From NCBI GenBank assembly GCA_048941015.1, contig JBHLNZ010000030.1:1-38820 (forward strand): DNA of 38,820 nt, given 5' to 3'. This document shows positions 9,413 to 18,914 of the stretch, piece after piece. A program made the position numbers and the translations under genes. The stretch comes from Promethearchaeota archaeon. Its GTDB lineage: Archaea; Asgardarchaeota; Lokiarchaeia; Sigyniarchaeales; SOKP01. How positions within the stretch are numbered: the first letter of the stretch is position 1; every line of letters starts with the position of its first letter. The notes under the pieces are model-generated. The model was not told where the DNA came from. It saw only the letters and a list, made by a program, of their open reading frames with translations, and made no database searches.

Positions 9413-10819
9413 CTATTTTAATTGTCTGAATTCTGATATCAATTTTTGTAACCTTTCAATTAAGTTTTCCATTTCCTTATATTTTTCTTTTATTGGATTT
9501 GAACTTAAATTTAGATCATCAATCTCATTTTTCAATTTATTTTGAAATCTTGATCCTGACAGTTCAATTTCTTTAATAAGATCTTCTGAAAGATTGTTTG
9601 CTTTATTAAATGACTTTGAAACTAATTTAGTTGTTTCATTCAAGATTGGATCTATTTCAGAGTTAATTTCAGATGTTTTACTTACTTTTTTTTCTATCGA
9701 AATTTCATACTTCTCTAATTGATTTAAAACTTGATTTACATTATTTTCAAGACTTTCTTTTAAATTCTCAGATATTTGATTAAAAATTGAATTTATTTCC
9801 TTTTTTAAATTTTTATCGTTTTCAATTCTGATATCTATATATTCAGAAACATCTTTCATAAAGACTTCAGAAATTTCATTGAAACTTCTTTCAAAATATG
9901 CTTGAACATTATCCAATCCTTTTGAAATAACGTTTTTCATTTGATTTATCGTACTTCGAATAATTTCTGTTCCTTTCAAACTTCCTTGAGTAAGATCCCA
10001 CATCCATTTCCTTAATTGTTCTTTATAAACTCCAATGAATAAATCATTAAATTTTGAGGTTCCTTCTTCAAATCCGGAAAAAATTGAATTTAATTGAGAA
10101 TAAAATTCGTTATGCTCTTCTTCAACTAAATCTTGTCCTTCTAATGGAATTTCTTGTAAATCTTCTTTAATTGGTTTTATTGATTCATTATATTCTCTAA
10201 TAATTATTGGAGATTTCATTTGTGATACTTCTATAAGCTCCTGAATCCACTTAAAATAGTTAAGCGAACTTGGTATTTCTAATTCATAATCAACTTTTTC
10301 AATTTCACTTTCTGAACCTTTTGAAAAATCCTTAAAACGAAAAATTTCAAATCCAAAAGATTTATCCTTCTCGATTAACTTTGTATCAAACACAATACCA
10401 AATCCGAAAGGATTTTGTTCATTTTGTAAATAAATTTGATTTTTTCTATCAGCACTTGATAAATCAAGACCATAACCAAGATGACTATGGTACCAGCCTA
10501 TAACGTTAATACCTTTATCCAATAAATCTTGATTAATCTTATTTAAAATCTCATGCATCTCCTCTGAGAAACCTAATTCTACAATATCCCCATGAGTTAT
10601 AGGATAAATATCTTGCAGGATAACTGATTTATTTTCATTATGAAATGAGCCTATACATAAACCCAAAACTTCGACAGGTTCTTCTAGTTCTTCATTTCCA
10701 AATCTTAAAATATGGGAGATCATCTTTTTAAACGCAATTCCTTTAATGATTACTTTTCCATCTTTTATAATCTTATGTTCATTAGGATTTTCTTTTTCAG
10801 TTTTTTTCTCGGTCGCCAT
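9413..10819 (-). CDS. MPN+/JAMM metallo-isopeptidase (Rpn11/CSN5-like) with long C-terminal coiled coil
   Basis: EVLGLCIG ... GWYHSHLGYGLDLSSAD gives an intact E-HxH-x7-S-x2-D motif; ~230-aa helical tail. Confidence 0.88.
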   Translation of the reverse strand: MATEKKTEKENPNEHKIIKDGKVIIKGIAFKKMISHILRFGNEELEEPVEVLGLCIGSFHNENKSVILQDIYPITHGDIVELGFSEEMHEILNKINQDLLDKGINVIGWYHSHLGYGLDLSSADRKNQIYLQNEQNPFGFGIVFDTKLIEKDKSFGFEIFRFKDFSKGSESEIEKVDYELEIPSSLNYFKWIQELIEVSQMKSPIIIREYNESIKPIKEDLQEIPLEGQDLVEEEHNEFYSQLNSIFSGFEEGTSKFNDLFIGVYKEQLRKWMWDLTQGSLKGTEIIRSTINQMKNVISKGLDNVQAYFERSFNEISEVFMKDVSEYIDIRIENDKNLKKEINSIFNQISENLKESLENNVNQVLNQLEKYEISIEKKVSKTSEINSEIDPILNETTKLVSKSFNKANNLSEDLIKEIELSGSRFQNKLKNEIDDLNLSSNPIKEKYKEMENLIERLQKLISEFRQLK

Positions 10820-10825
10820 TTAATC

Positions 10826-12268
10826 TCAACTTCCTTTTTTCAATTCTTTAATCTTACTTAATAATTCTTTTTTTTCATTAGTTAATTTCTCTATTTTACT
10901 TAAAATAGGTTCTCTTGATCCCTCTAATATAAGTATGGCTGCTTTTAAATCAGATAAAATATTTTTTAATTCTTTATCCAAGTTACTAAAATTCTCTTCA
11001 ATACTTCTTAACTTCTTTTTATAGTTTTCAATTACCTTTTCATGTGTATTTTCTATACCACCTAAAATTCTCGTTTTTGAGGGATCAATTATGTTTGAGA
11101 GTTCATTAAACGTTTCTTTGTTTTGTTTGTAATTTTTAAGAATATCTTGGCTTTTTTCTTCAATTTTACTTAATTTGATATCACTTTTCTCAAAATTTGA
11201 TATTAATTGACCTAAAAGTGGAAAAAATTTCTTTTGGAAGAGTTCCTCAAACTGTTTAATTAAATCTTTATTGAAATTATCAACAACATTTTTAAATTTT
11301 TCATTTTCTTCATCAAAGATATCCAACTTATCATCGATGTAAAAATCTAAATCCTTCAAATTATTTTGTAAAGAATAATTATATGATTTTTGTAAACTTT
11401 TGATGCCATTACTTAAATTATCTTTTAATTCAGCTAAATCTTTTCTCATTTGAGAATTATTATAGTAAATTTTATTTGTTAGGTCTTGGCTCCACGTGTT
11501 TAAAATATTAACTAAAGGCTCCATTGATAACTTTAAAAATGTTAAAATACTATTTGAAAGGGCATCAAATAGGCTTGTAAAATCTAAATCTGGTTTTTTC
11601 GAAACCAATCTTTCTTGTTCAGGTATAAAAACATCCCCGAAAAGAGATGAGGTTTCATTCAACTCTAAAATAGGAGGATTTCCAGAATGTATATTGTTTA
11701 TTAAATTTATAATATTTGCATAATAATTAAGGTTATCCGGAGGCTCTACAATAGATTTTACTTCATGATAACGTGAATTCAAGCCCTTAGAAGGATCATC
11801 TAGTCTAAATGTTCTAAAACCAAGATCTCCTAGTTGGTCTAAATATTTATGATCAAATACAATACCTATACCGCTAGGATTTTTATCTTGCCAAAAAAGT
11901 TGATTAAATACATCAGTACCAGAAAAAAATATTCCTAAGTTAGGATGACTATGATACCAACCTACAGTAAACCAGTTTTTAGGGCCATACTCTTCAAATA
12001 TTTGATTATCGATCTCCCCGAACGCTCCCAGTTGTTCTTCGCTAAACTTTACTTCTATTGACCCTCCATGTGATATAGGAATCGCATCTTCAACAATTAC
12101 GTTTTTTATATCACCTTCGCCTTCAAGATGGCCTATTAACATTCCTATGACTTCTTTAAATTGTCTAGGATCTTGTGCTTTTGACCCAAAACGTAAAACA
12201 TGTGTAAGCATTTTGTAATATGCTATGGGTTTGATAGTGACTATATTATCATCTATAAATTTCCCCAT
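10826..12268 (-). CDS. MPN+/JAMM metallo-isopeptidase (Rpn11/CSN5-like) with long C-terminal coiled coil
   Basis: AYYKMLTHVLR..EVIGMLIG...GWYHSHPNLGIFFSGTD; ~250-aa helical tail. GAGTGA SD-like sequence upstream; 6-bp gap to the downstream paralog. Confidence 0.9.
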   Translation of the reverse strand: MGKFIDDNIVTIKPIAYYKMLTHVLRFGSKAQDPRQFKEVIGMLIGHLEGEGDIKNVIVEDAIPISHGGSIEVKFSEEQLGAFGEIDNQIFEEYGPKNWFTVGWYHSHPNLGIFFSGTDVFNQLFWQDKNPSGIGIVFDHKYLDQLGDLGFRTFRLDDPSKGLNSRYHEVKSIVEPPDNLNYYANIINLINNIHSGNPPILELNETSSLFGDVFIPEQERLVSKKPDLDFTSLFDALSNSILTFLKLSMEPLVNILNTWSQDLTNKIYYNNSQMRKDLAELKDNLSNGIKSLQKSYNYSLQNNLKDLDFYIDDKLDIFDEENEKFKNVVDNFNKDLIKQFEELFQKKFFPLLGQLISNFEKSDIKLSKIEEKSQDILKNYKQNKETFNELSNIIDPSKTRILGGIENTHEKVIENYKKKLRSIEENFSNLDKELKNILSDLKAAILILEGSREPILSKIEKLTNEKKELLSKIKELKKGS

Positions 12269-12423
12269 TGCTTAATCACTCTTTTTATTAAGTTTAGATA
12301 TAGTTATTTTTCGAAATATTTATAGTTTAACTCAAATATTTTTTAGAACTTATATTTAAGATTAAACACCTTATTATATCTATTCGATTATTAAAAGGCT
12401 TAAAAGAAGATAAATTAAACATT

Positions 12424-13074
12424 TTAATGTGGTAAAGGTTTTCCACAATATGGGCAATATTTAAAGTTTAAATCCTTACCACAGTGAGGACAAAACGCTG
12501 AACCACTGGAAGCAGATATATCTCCTTTCGGAATCGCTGGTAAGTTTCTTGATGGATGGATCGTTGAACTAATTGCGGGTACTCCTTCTTTTTCTCTCTC
12601 TTCTGCTTTTTTTGCTATTAATCTTTCTTTGAATGCTTGACGTTTTTCTTCTTCCAATTCTTGAATTGTTCTCATACCTTCTTCTTTAACCCAACCTGTT
12701 GATTTAGGTCTTTTCAATTCGCTTTCAGGCACTTTTTCTAATTCAATCGCTTTTGTTTCAGAGATAGGGGCCATTACTTTTTTCTGTTCCTTCTTCTCTA
12801 AAGCTTGTTTGACTAAGGCTTGAGTAGTTTTCATTATCTGATGGGGATTAATATTTGGAATTGCTACTGTTCGTATTACCCATCCTACGATAAGATTCTG
12901 ATTTGGAAAATCACCTTCAACATCTTCATCTTTATAGATATATGAATCAATTACATTATTACCCTTCAATAATCGAGATGCCCACTTATCATTAATTAGC
13001 CCTAATTGTATTCTATATGAAGTTCCAGGAATTCCTAATTGACTTGTTAAGGGCTCAAAACCTTTCTCTGCCAT
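12424..13074 (-). CDS. Hypothetical protein with C-terminal double zinc ribbon
   Basis: Globular N-terminal ~95 aa, charged linker/helix, then FCPHCGKDLNFKYCPYCGKPL. Confidence 0.8.
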   Translation of the reverse strand: MAEKGFEPLTSQLGIPGTSYRIQLGLINDKWASRLLKGNNVIDSYIYKDEDVEGDFPNQNLIVGWVIRTVAIPNINPHQIMKTTQALVKQALEKKEQKKVMAPISETKAIELEKVPESELKRPKSTGWVKEEGMRTIQELEEEKRQAFKERLIAKKAEEREKEGVPAISSTIHPSRNLPAIPKGDISASSGSAFCPHCGKDLNFKYCPYCGKPLPH

Positions 13075-13353
13075 TTTAATTCATTTAAATTAATTAATTT
13101 ATAATAACTTGGAATCAGTAAAAATTTGATTTTAACTATATTATAATGGTATATTTTGAATTTAAATAATTTTATATTCTTCCTAAAAATTAATTATTAA
13201 TTGGGATTAGTAATTCTATACTTTAATTCCCTTCTCTTTTAAATTAAGTTTTTGAAACATGCAAATTAATAAATATATTTAAAATTCAAAAATTAACAAT
13301 CTTCTACTCTATAAAATAAAACCAAGTAAAAAAGTAAACATAAATATCTGTAT

Positions 13354-13360
13354 TTTTATA
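13354..13360 (+). promoter_or_regulatory. Candidate TATA box for the 13394 gene
   Basis: TTTATAA about 35-40 nt upstream of the ATG at 13394; weak evidence in such an AT-rich background. Confidence 0.25.
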
Positions 13361-13393
13361 ACTTTTTCAAAAGAAAGGTCTAATATCATTATT

Positions 13394-14344
13394 ATGACGG
13401 TTTTTATTCCTAAAAAAGTATATTTAACAATTGTGGCCGCCTCAGTTAGATTTGCCAATCTAAAAATTCCTCAAGATGATTGGCTTGAAGTTAGTGGAAT
13501 ATTTATTGGAAAAAATGAAGGTGAACATGTCTTTATCTCAGAAGCATATCCTATTATGCATCAAGAATTAGATAAAAATGCAGTAATTGATCAATATAAA
13601 TGGTCAGATGAAGATTATGAAGCACTTTATATTATTGATGATGAAGCATTTGCCCATGGTGAATTTACAGTAGGTTGGTGGCATTCTCATCCTGGATTTA
13701 AAGTTATGATGTCTCATATTGATATCAAAACTACATTATCATATCAAACTAATAATCAATTAGCAATTTCCCTTGTATTTAATCCAATGCGGTTATTAAA
13801 ACAGATTGAATTACCAAATAAAAAAGGAGATCCCGTAAAACAGTTAAAAAATGATCCTGGCTTTAAGATTTTCAGATTAGATGACGTTAATAGAGGAATA
13901 GAAGCTTCTTATCATACTGTTGATTATAAAGTAAATGATTATGAGAGTATGGAACAACTAGTTGCTTCAACACAGAAATTTATTATAGATGTAACCAAGT
14001 TATTCCCTAAAGATAAAATTGATGAAGTGTATGCAAAATTTGTAAAGGAAAGGATTAACAAATTAAATTCATTATTATTAGGTACAGAAGAATATCTAAT
14101 GACTTTAGTACGAAAAGGAGAATCAAATAGAATCCCCGAAGTTTTAAGAAATCAAACTAATGATATTCGAAATTATGTTGCTAAAACATTCATTAAAATT
14201 GAAAACATAAAGGAATATATGAATTATTTGGAATATAAAGAGAGGGATATAATCATTCCAAAAATCGAAGGAATTCTTGCTGAATGGGATGAAAATGTTT
14301 CTAAATTAAATGACAAATTAACACAAATTTCAAAAAAATTCTAA
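13394..14344 (+). CDS. MPN+/JAMM metallo-isopeptidase with helical C-terminal domain
   Basis: EVSGIFIG ... GWWHSHPGFKVMMSHID (intact JAMM motif); GFKIFRLDD is shared with the two divergently transcribed paralogs. Confidence 0.88.
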   Translation: MTVFIPKKVYLTIVAASVRFANLKIPQDDWLEVSGIFIGKNEGEHVFISEAYPIMHQELDKNAVIDQYKWSDEDYEALYIIDDEAFAHGEFTVGWWHSHPGFKVMMSHIDIKTTLSYQTNNQLAISLVFNPMRLLKQIELPNKKGDPVKQLKNDPGFKIFRLDDVNRGIEASYHTVDYKVNDYESMEQLVASTQKFIIDVTKLFPKDKIDEVYAKFVKERINKLNSLLLGTEEYLMTLVRKGESNRIPEVLRNQTNDIRNYVAKTFIKIENIKEYMNYLEYKERDIIIPKIEGILAEWDENVSKLNDKLTQISKKF

Positions 14345-14499
14345 ATAATCAAAATTTATTCTTGAAATTCAATTTATATTTACCTATTTTTAATCTCATG
14401 TAATTAAGGAAAAGGTTTATTTTGTTTAATACTTATTTTAATTACTAGATTAATTTAAGTAAAACTTTACTTTAGTATATTCAAGAGTTTTAGAGTAGC

Positions 14500-16704
14500 A
14501 TGAAAAAATTAAATTTTCCCTTTACCGCAATACTTGGACAAGATAAGATGAAAATGGGTCTAATTTTAAACGTTATAGATCCACAGATTGGAGGAGTGTT
14601 ATTAACTGGACATCAAGGAACTGGAAAATCTACAGCTGTACGATCATTGGTAGAAGTAATGCCTAATATTGAAATTGTAAAAGATTGTCAGTTCTCTTGC
14701 AATCCTAAATCTAATATTGATGATCTTTGTGAAGAATGCCAAATTAAAAAAGAAAAAGGTAAGCTTGAGACTTATACTCGAGAAATGAGGCTTGTGAATC
14801 TACCGTTAGGAGTAACGGAAGATATGGTTACTGGTTCATTATCGATTGACAAAGTACTTACAGAAGGAATAAGAAGTTTACATCCTGGTTTATTAGCAAA
14901 AGCTAATAGAGGTATTCTCTATATAGATGAGATTAATTTATTACAAGATCATATTGTTGATACATTATTAGATGCATCTGCTTCTGGTGTAAACATTATT
15001 GAAAGAGAAGGAATTTCTGTTATTCATCCATCCCGATTTATCTTAGTTGGGTCGATGAACCCAGAAGAAGGTGAATTGCGCCCTCAAATTGCCGATCGCT
15101 TAGGCTTAGAAGTAAAAATAAAAGCTACAAAAGATTCTAAATTAAGAGCTGAAATCTCAAGAAGAGTGATTGAATTTGATGATAATCCTAAGGAGTTTAT
15201 CAAGAAGTATGAAAAAGAACAAGAAGAGTTAAGAGAAAAAATTCTCAAGGCAAGAAAAATATTGAAAGATGTTACTATTCCTACTTCAGTTTATGAATTT
15301 GTTTCCATGATTGTAAGTGAACTTGAAATCTCTTCTCAAAGAGCAGATATTACATTTATCAGATGTGCAAGAGCCCATGCTGCTTACAATGGAAGGAATC
15401 AAGTTATAGAAGAAGATTTGAATGTGGCTTTAGATTTAGTATTTGAACATAGAATTCAATCTCTTCATTATGAAATGACCCCTAAAGAAGTAAAAGCAAA
15501 AATTGCGGAAGTTTATGGAAAAATTCAAAAGGCGTATGAAGATCCGAAAACGTATAAACCAAATAAAAACACAGAAGGTCCATTAAAGCATGATGATACC
15601 CCACAGAAAGAGTTTAAAAGACAATCAGTAGATCCTAAAAAAGTGTCAATGCCAGAAACTAAGGAACAGAAATTGCCTCCTCCAAAATACCCTGATAATA
15701 AAAAAAGAAGTCCGACACCCGCAGGTGGTTGGAAAGTAAAAAATATTCCATTTCAAGAAGACGAATTTAACTTTTTTGAAGATAATTTTGATACAATGCC
15801 TTTAATATATAAAATGGAAAAAAAAATGACCTCAATTTTAGATAACATCCGAAAAGATCGAAAGGTTTCTGATTATGGAGGACGAGGAATCGGAAGGCGC
15901 ATTAAAATAGCCTCTACTCAAAAAGGTAGATATGTTTCATATAGATCTCCAATAAATAAACCCAAAACTATAGCATTAGATGCTACAATAAGAAATTACC
16001 TAAAAAACACAATCTATAATCAGACTGATATAGAATTTCCTATTAAATTCAACAAATATGATTTGATGGATAAGATCTATGAATATAGAGCTCCTTTAGT
16101 TTTATTTTTTGTACTTGATAGTTCAGCTAGTATGTATTATGTAATAAAACAGATGACAGACGTTATTTTATCTTTACAAAAAGAAGGTTATAGAAAAAAA
16201 GATAAAATAAGTCTTATTATTTTTCGGGGTAAAGAAGCAATGGTTCTCCAAAATCCTACTGTATACTTTCAAAACGCAATAAAGAAGTTGAGAAAAGTGG
16301 AAGGGAGATCTTACACACCTATGGCTGCTGCTTTAAAAAAGTGCGTGAAATTAATTAACGCTGAAAAACTTAAAAACCGAAATATTATTCCTGTTATCTT
16401 CATATTTTCCGATTGTGGAGCAAATATTTCGGTTAAATACCCTGAATTAATTGCTCAGGTTCAATCCGATTATAGCTTAATAATTAATGAACTTGCTGAA
16501 ATTACTAAAAATCTATCTAGAACAGGCGTTCATATAGTAGTACTTGAACCAAAAAAGTCTTATGCTACAAGAGCTTTAGGAGTCAACACTTTTGCTGCGG
16601 ATCAAATAAAGGAGAATTTTAAGAGATATGGCAAAGCTACAATTTTCCAATTTGATAAATATAATCCCCAGAATTTAATTTTAGAGCTGAAGAAAATTCT
16701 ATAG
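14500..16704 (+). CDS. Mg/Co-chelatase ChlI/ChlD-like AAA+ ATPase fused to a VWA domain
   Basis: FPFTAILGQDKMK, Walker A GHQGTGKS, PGLLAKANRGILYIDEINLL (Walker B), GSMNPEEGELRPQ; Pro/Lys-rich linker; MIDAS VLDSSASM and YTPMA. Confidence 0.92.
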   Translation: MKKLNFPFTAILGQDKMKMGLILNVIDPQIGGVLLTGHQGTGKSTAVRSLVEVMPNIEIVKDCQFSCNPKSNIDDLCEECQIKKEKGKLETYTREMRLVNLPLGVTEDMVTGSLSIDKVLTEGIRSLHPGLLAKANRGILYIDEINLLQDHIVDTLLDASASGVNIIEREGISVIHPSRFILVGSMNPEEGELRPQIADRLGLEVKIKATKDSKLRAEISRRVIEFDDNPKEFIKKYEKEQEELREKILKARKILKDVTIPTSVYEFVSMIVSELEISSQRADITFIRCARAHAAYNGRNQVIEEDLNVALDLVFEHRIQSLHYEMTPKEVKAKIAEVYGKIQKAYEDPKTYKPNKNTEGPLKHDDTPQKEFKRQSVDPKKVSMPETKEQKLPPPKYPDNKKRSPTPAGGWKVKNIPFQEDEFNFFEDNFDTMPLIYKMEKKMTSILDNIRKDRKVSDYGGRGIGRRIKIASTQKGRYVSYRSPINKPKTIALDATIRNYLKNTIYNQTDIEFPIKFNKYDLMDKIYEYRAPLVLFFVLDSSASMYYVIKQMTDVILSLQKEGYRKKDKISLIIFRGKEAMVLQNPTVYFQNAIKKLRKVEGRSYTPMAAALKKCVKLINAEKLKNRNIIPVIFIFSDCGANISVKYPELIAQVQSDYSLIINELAEITKNLSRTGVHIVVLEPKKSYATRALGVNTFAADQIKENFKRYGKATIFQFDKYNPQNLILELKKIL

Positions 16705-16747
16705 TAGCAAAAAAATTTCTATATTATCCTATTTTATTTAATAATTA

Positions 16748-17995
16748 ATGAATAAGAATAAGAAATCTGTATTGGTTATTGGCTTTAATACCCGTCCATT
16801 AGCTTATTCATTATCTATCGCTGGTTATGAAGTATATGTGGTAGATTTTTTTGGAGATCTTGATCTTTATCCTTATATTAATGATTCTATAATTATTATT
16901 GAAACACTTGGAGCTAGTTATCATACAATTAAAGAATCCTATAGCAAGTTTTTAGAAAAATTTACTCTGAAAATACTAAATAAATACCCTAAAATAAATT
17001 TTTTAATTATTGGAAGTGGTCTAGATGATGCTTTTCAAGAAAGAGAAACAATTCTGAAAGAAATAGAAAATAGAAAACTTGGAATAATATCTTTGAATAA
17101 TGAGATAACGGTAATTAAAAAAGCTAGGGATATTGAAGACGTTTATAAATTCTTAATTAAAGAAAACTATAAAGTTCCATTTACAATTTCTTTAGAAAAT
17201 TCTAAAAGAAAACGTGATGATCTTCAATTTCCATTTATTTTAAAGAAGAAAAGAAGTTCTGGTGGGATTAATATACATAAAGTTGATAATAAGGAGTATC
17301 TATCCTTTTTACTTAACAGATTAGAGAATATAGATTTTACTCCTTCAGATTGGTTAATTCAAGAGTATATTGAAGGAATACCTATAAGCTGTACTATAAT
17401 TTCTAATGGTGAAGACCCTCAAATATTATCAATAAATCGTCAAATTATTGGAGAAAAATATCTTAACGCTCCTAGTGAATTTATGTATTGTGGAAATATA
17501 GTTCCTGCAAATTTATTAAAAAGTGATAATGATTTGATTTCTTTAATTTCATTACAATTAGCAAAATTGTTAAAGTTAAAAGGAATAAATGGTTTTGATT
17601 TTGTTTTAAAAGATCACTATCCCTATTTGATGGAAATTAATCCAAGGATACCTGGTTCGATTCGAGCATCAGAATCAGCTTTAAATTTGAATTTATTGGA
17701 TTTGCACATTAGGAGTTTTGATGAAAATCAATGGAAATCAATAAGAGAGGAAATATTAAAAAGAAAAATAACTAATTTTACAACTAAACTTATATTGTAT
17801 TCTCGAAAAAATTTAAATTCAATTGATTTAAAGAAAATAAATGAATTAGAATATGTTCATGATAAAACTGATCCAAATAAAGGTGCTTCAAGAGGAGATC
17901 CCGTATGCACTATCCTCTACAAAGATAAAACTTTTTCAGATTCTTACTTTGGAGCTTTAAAAGTAGTGGATAAGATTTATAAGATCATTCAATGA
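16748..17995 (+). CDS. ATP-grasp domain protein (archaeal predicted carboligase, COG2232-like)
   Basis: GFNTRPLAYS..VDFFGDLDL, PFILKK..SSGG, LIQEYIEG, YCGN, GINGFDF, MEINPRIPGS. Confidence 0.85.
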   Translation: MNKNKKSVLVIGFNTRPLAYSLSIAGYEVYVVDFFGDLDLYPYINDSIIIIETLGASYHTIKESYSKFLEKFTLKILNKYPKINFLIIGSGLDDAFQERETILKEIENRKLGIISLNNEITVIKKARDIEDVYKFLIKENYKVPFTISLENSKRKRDDLQFPFILKKKRSSGGINIHKVDNKEYLSFLLNRLENIDFTPSDWLIQEYIEGIPISCTIISNGEDPQILSINRQIIGEKYLNAPSEFMYCGNIVPANLLKSDNDLISLISLQLAKLLKLKGINGFDFVLKDHYPYLMEINPRIPGSIRASESALNLNLLDLHIRSFDENQWKSIREEILKRKITNFTTKLILYSRKNLNSIDLKKINELEYVHDKTDPNKGASRGDPVCTILYKDKTFSDSYFGALKVVDKIYKIIQ

Positions 17996-17999
17996 TTCT

Positions 18000-18740
18000 T
18001 TATATTTTACTGATGATCGTTTTGATTTTTGCTAAATATACTCCTAACTTTTTATCATCAATCTCTGGTACTGCAATAGCAAGAATTCTACTATTATCAA
18101 GTTCGTGAACGATGAATGAGCCATTTTCCCCTCCAATTATAGAATATTCTAAGGTTCCTTCAAGTAAAATTCCAGACAAGTTATAAATAGCAGATGTCAT
18201 TGCTGATAGTATTGGTTCGGGCATAGTTGATTGAACTTTTATTGGCAAACCATCATTTGTAATGATAGCTATAATAAGTGCATTTGGTATTGCCCTTTTA
18301 ATTGCAACAAAAACTTCTTCTTTTATTAAATTCGAAGTTTCAACGAAAGCAGATAGTTGCATCGCAAATTTCTTTAATGAACTTATATAAAAATCTAAAC
18401 CTTCCAACTCTGCTAATTCTCTATTTAAATATGCAATCAAAGCAATATTTTCTGTTAAAATTGAAAGTATAATTCTTTCTTTTCCAGTTATTAAATTATA
18501 TGAAATTTGTTGATTTAATGAATCCTTTAAAATCTTTGATGAAATAAATACTAAGCTACTACTTGCTGCTGATATCTCTGTTCTTGTCATTTTCACTTCT
18601 TTCCTAAATTTGCTAGCAAGGTGAGTGCCTCCGTGAGTTGCGATTGAAATTCCTAAAATTGCAGCATTTCCTTGAATTTCTTTATCGATTAATTCAATTA
18701 AATCTGTTTGTAATTTTTCAATATCAGAATCTGAGCTCAT
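18000..18740 (-). CDS. Tandem Roadblock/LC7 (MglB/LAMTOR-like) domain protein
   Basis: Two ~120-aa repeats: ILGISIATHGGTHLAS..ISAASSSL and LIIAIITNDGLPIKV..LSAMTSAI..IIGGENG..KLGVYL. Confidence 0.82.
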   Translation of the reverse strand: MSSDSDIEKLQTDLIELIDKEIQGNAAILGISIATHGGTHLASKFRKEVKMTRTEISAASSSLVFISSKILKDSLNQQISYNLITGKERIILSILTENIALIAYLNRELAELEGLDFYISSLKKFAMQLSAFVETSNLIKEEVFVAIKRAIPNALIIAIITNDGLPIKVQSTMPEPILSAMTSAIYNLSGILLEGTLEYSIIGGENGSFIVHELDNSRILAIAVPEIDDKKLGVYLAKIKTIISKI

Positions 18741-18914
18741 GAAAATATAATAAAAGATATTTAATTTAAAACTATTCTAGAAATTCTAAAAATAAAAACA
18801 TGAAAATCCTTTTTTAAAAGTTTTATAATTGATGATACCCAAATTAAACTAGAAATATAAAGAAATAATATTATTATTAATAGTAAGTTTGTTAAAAAAC
18901 GAAAGTTGCAAAAA

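Noticed and set aside
13075-13393. Longer AT-rich intergenic regions (also 2322-2624 and 31888-32073) as ncRNA or tRNA
   Set aside because: No GC-rich stems, cloverleaf or convincing inverted repeats; consistent with ordinary promoter and terminator DNA.
14500-16704. Mg-chelatase as evidence of chlorophyll synthesis
   Set aside because: ChlI/D-like AAA-VWA proteins are widespread in non-phototrophic archaea; no chlH or other bch genes are present.
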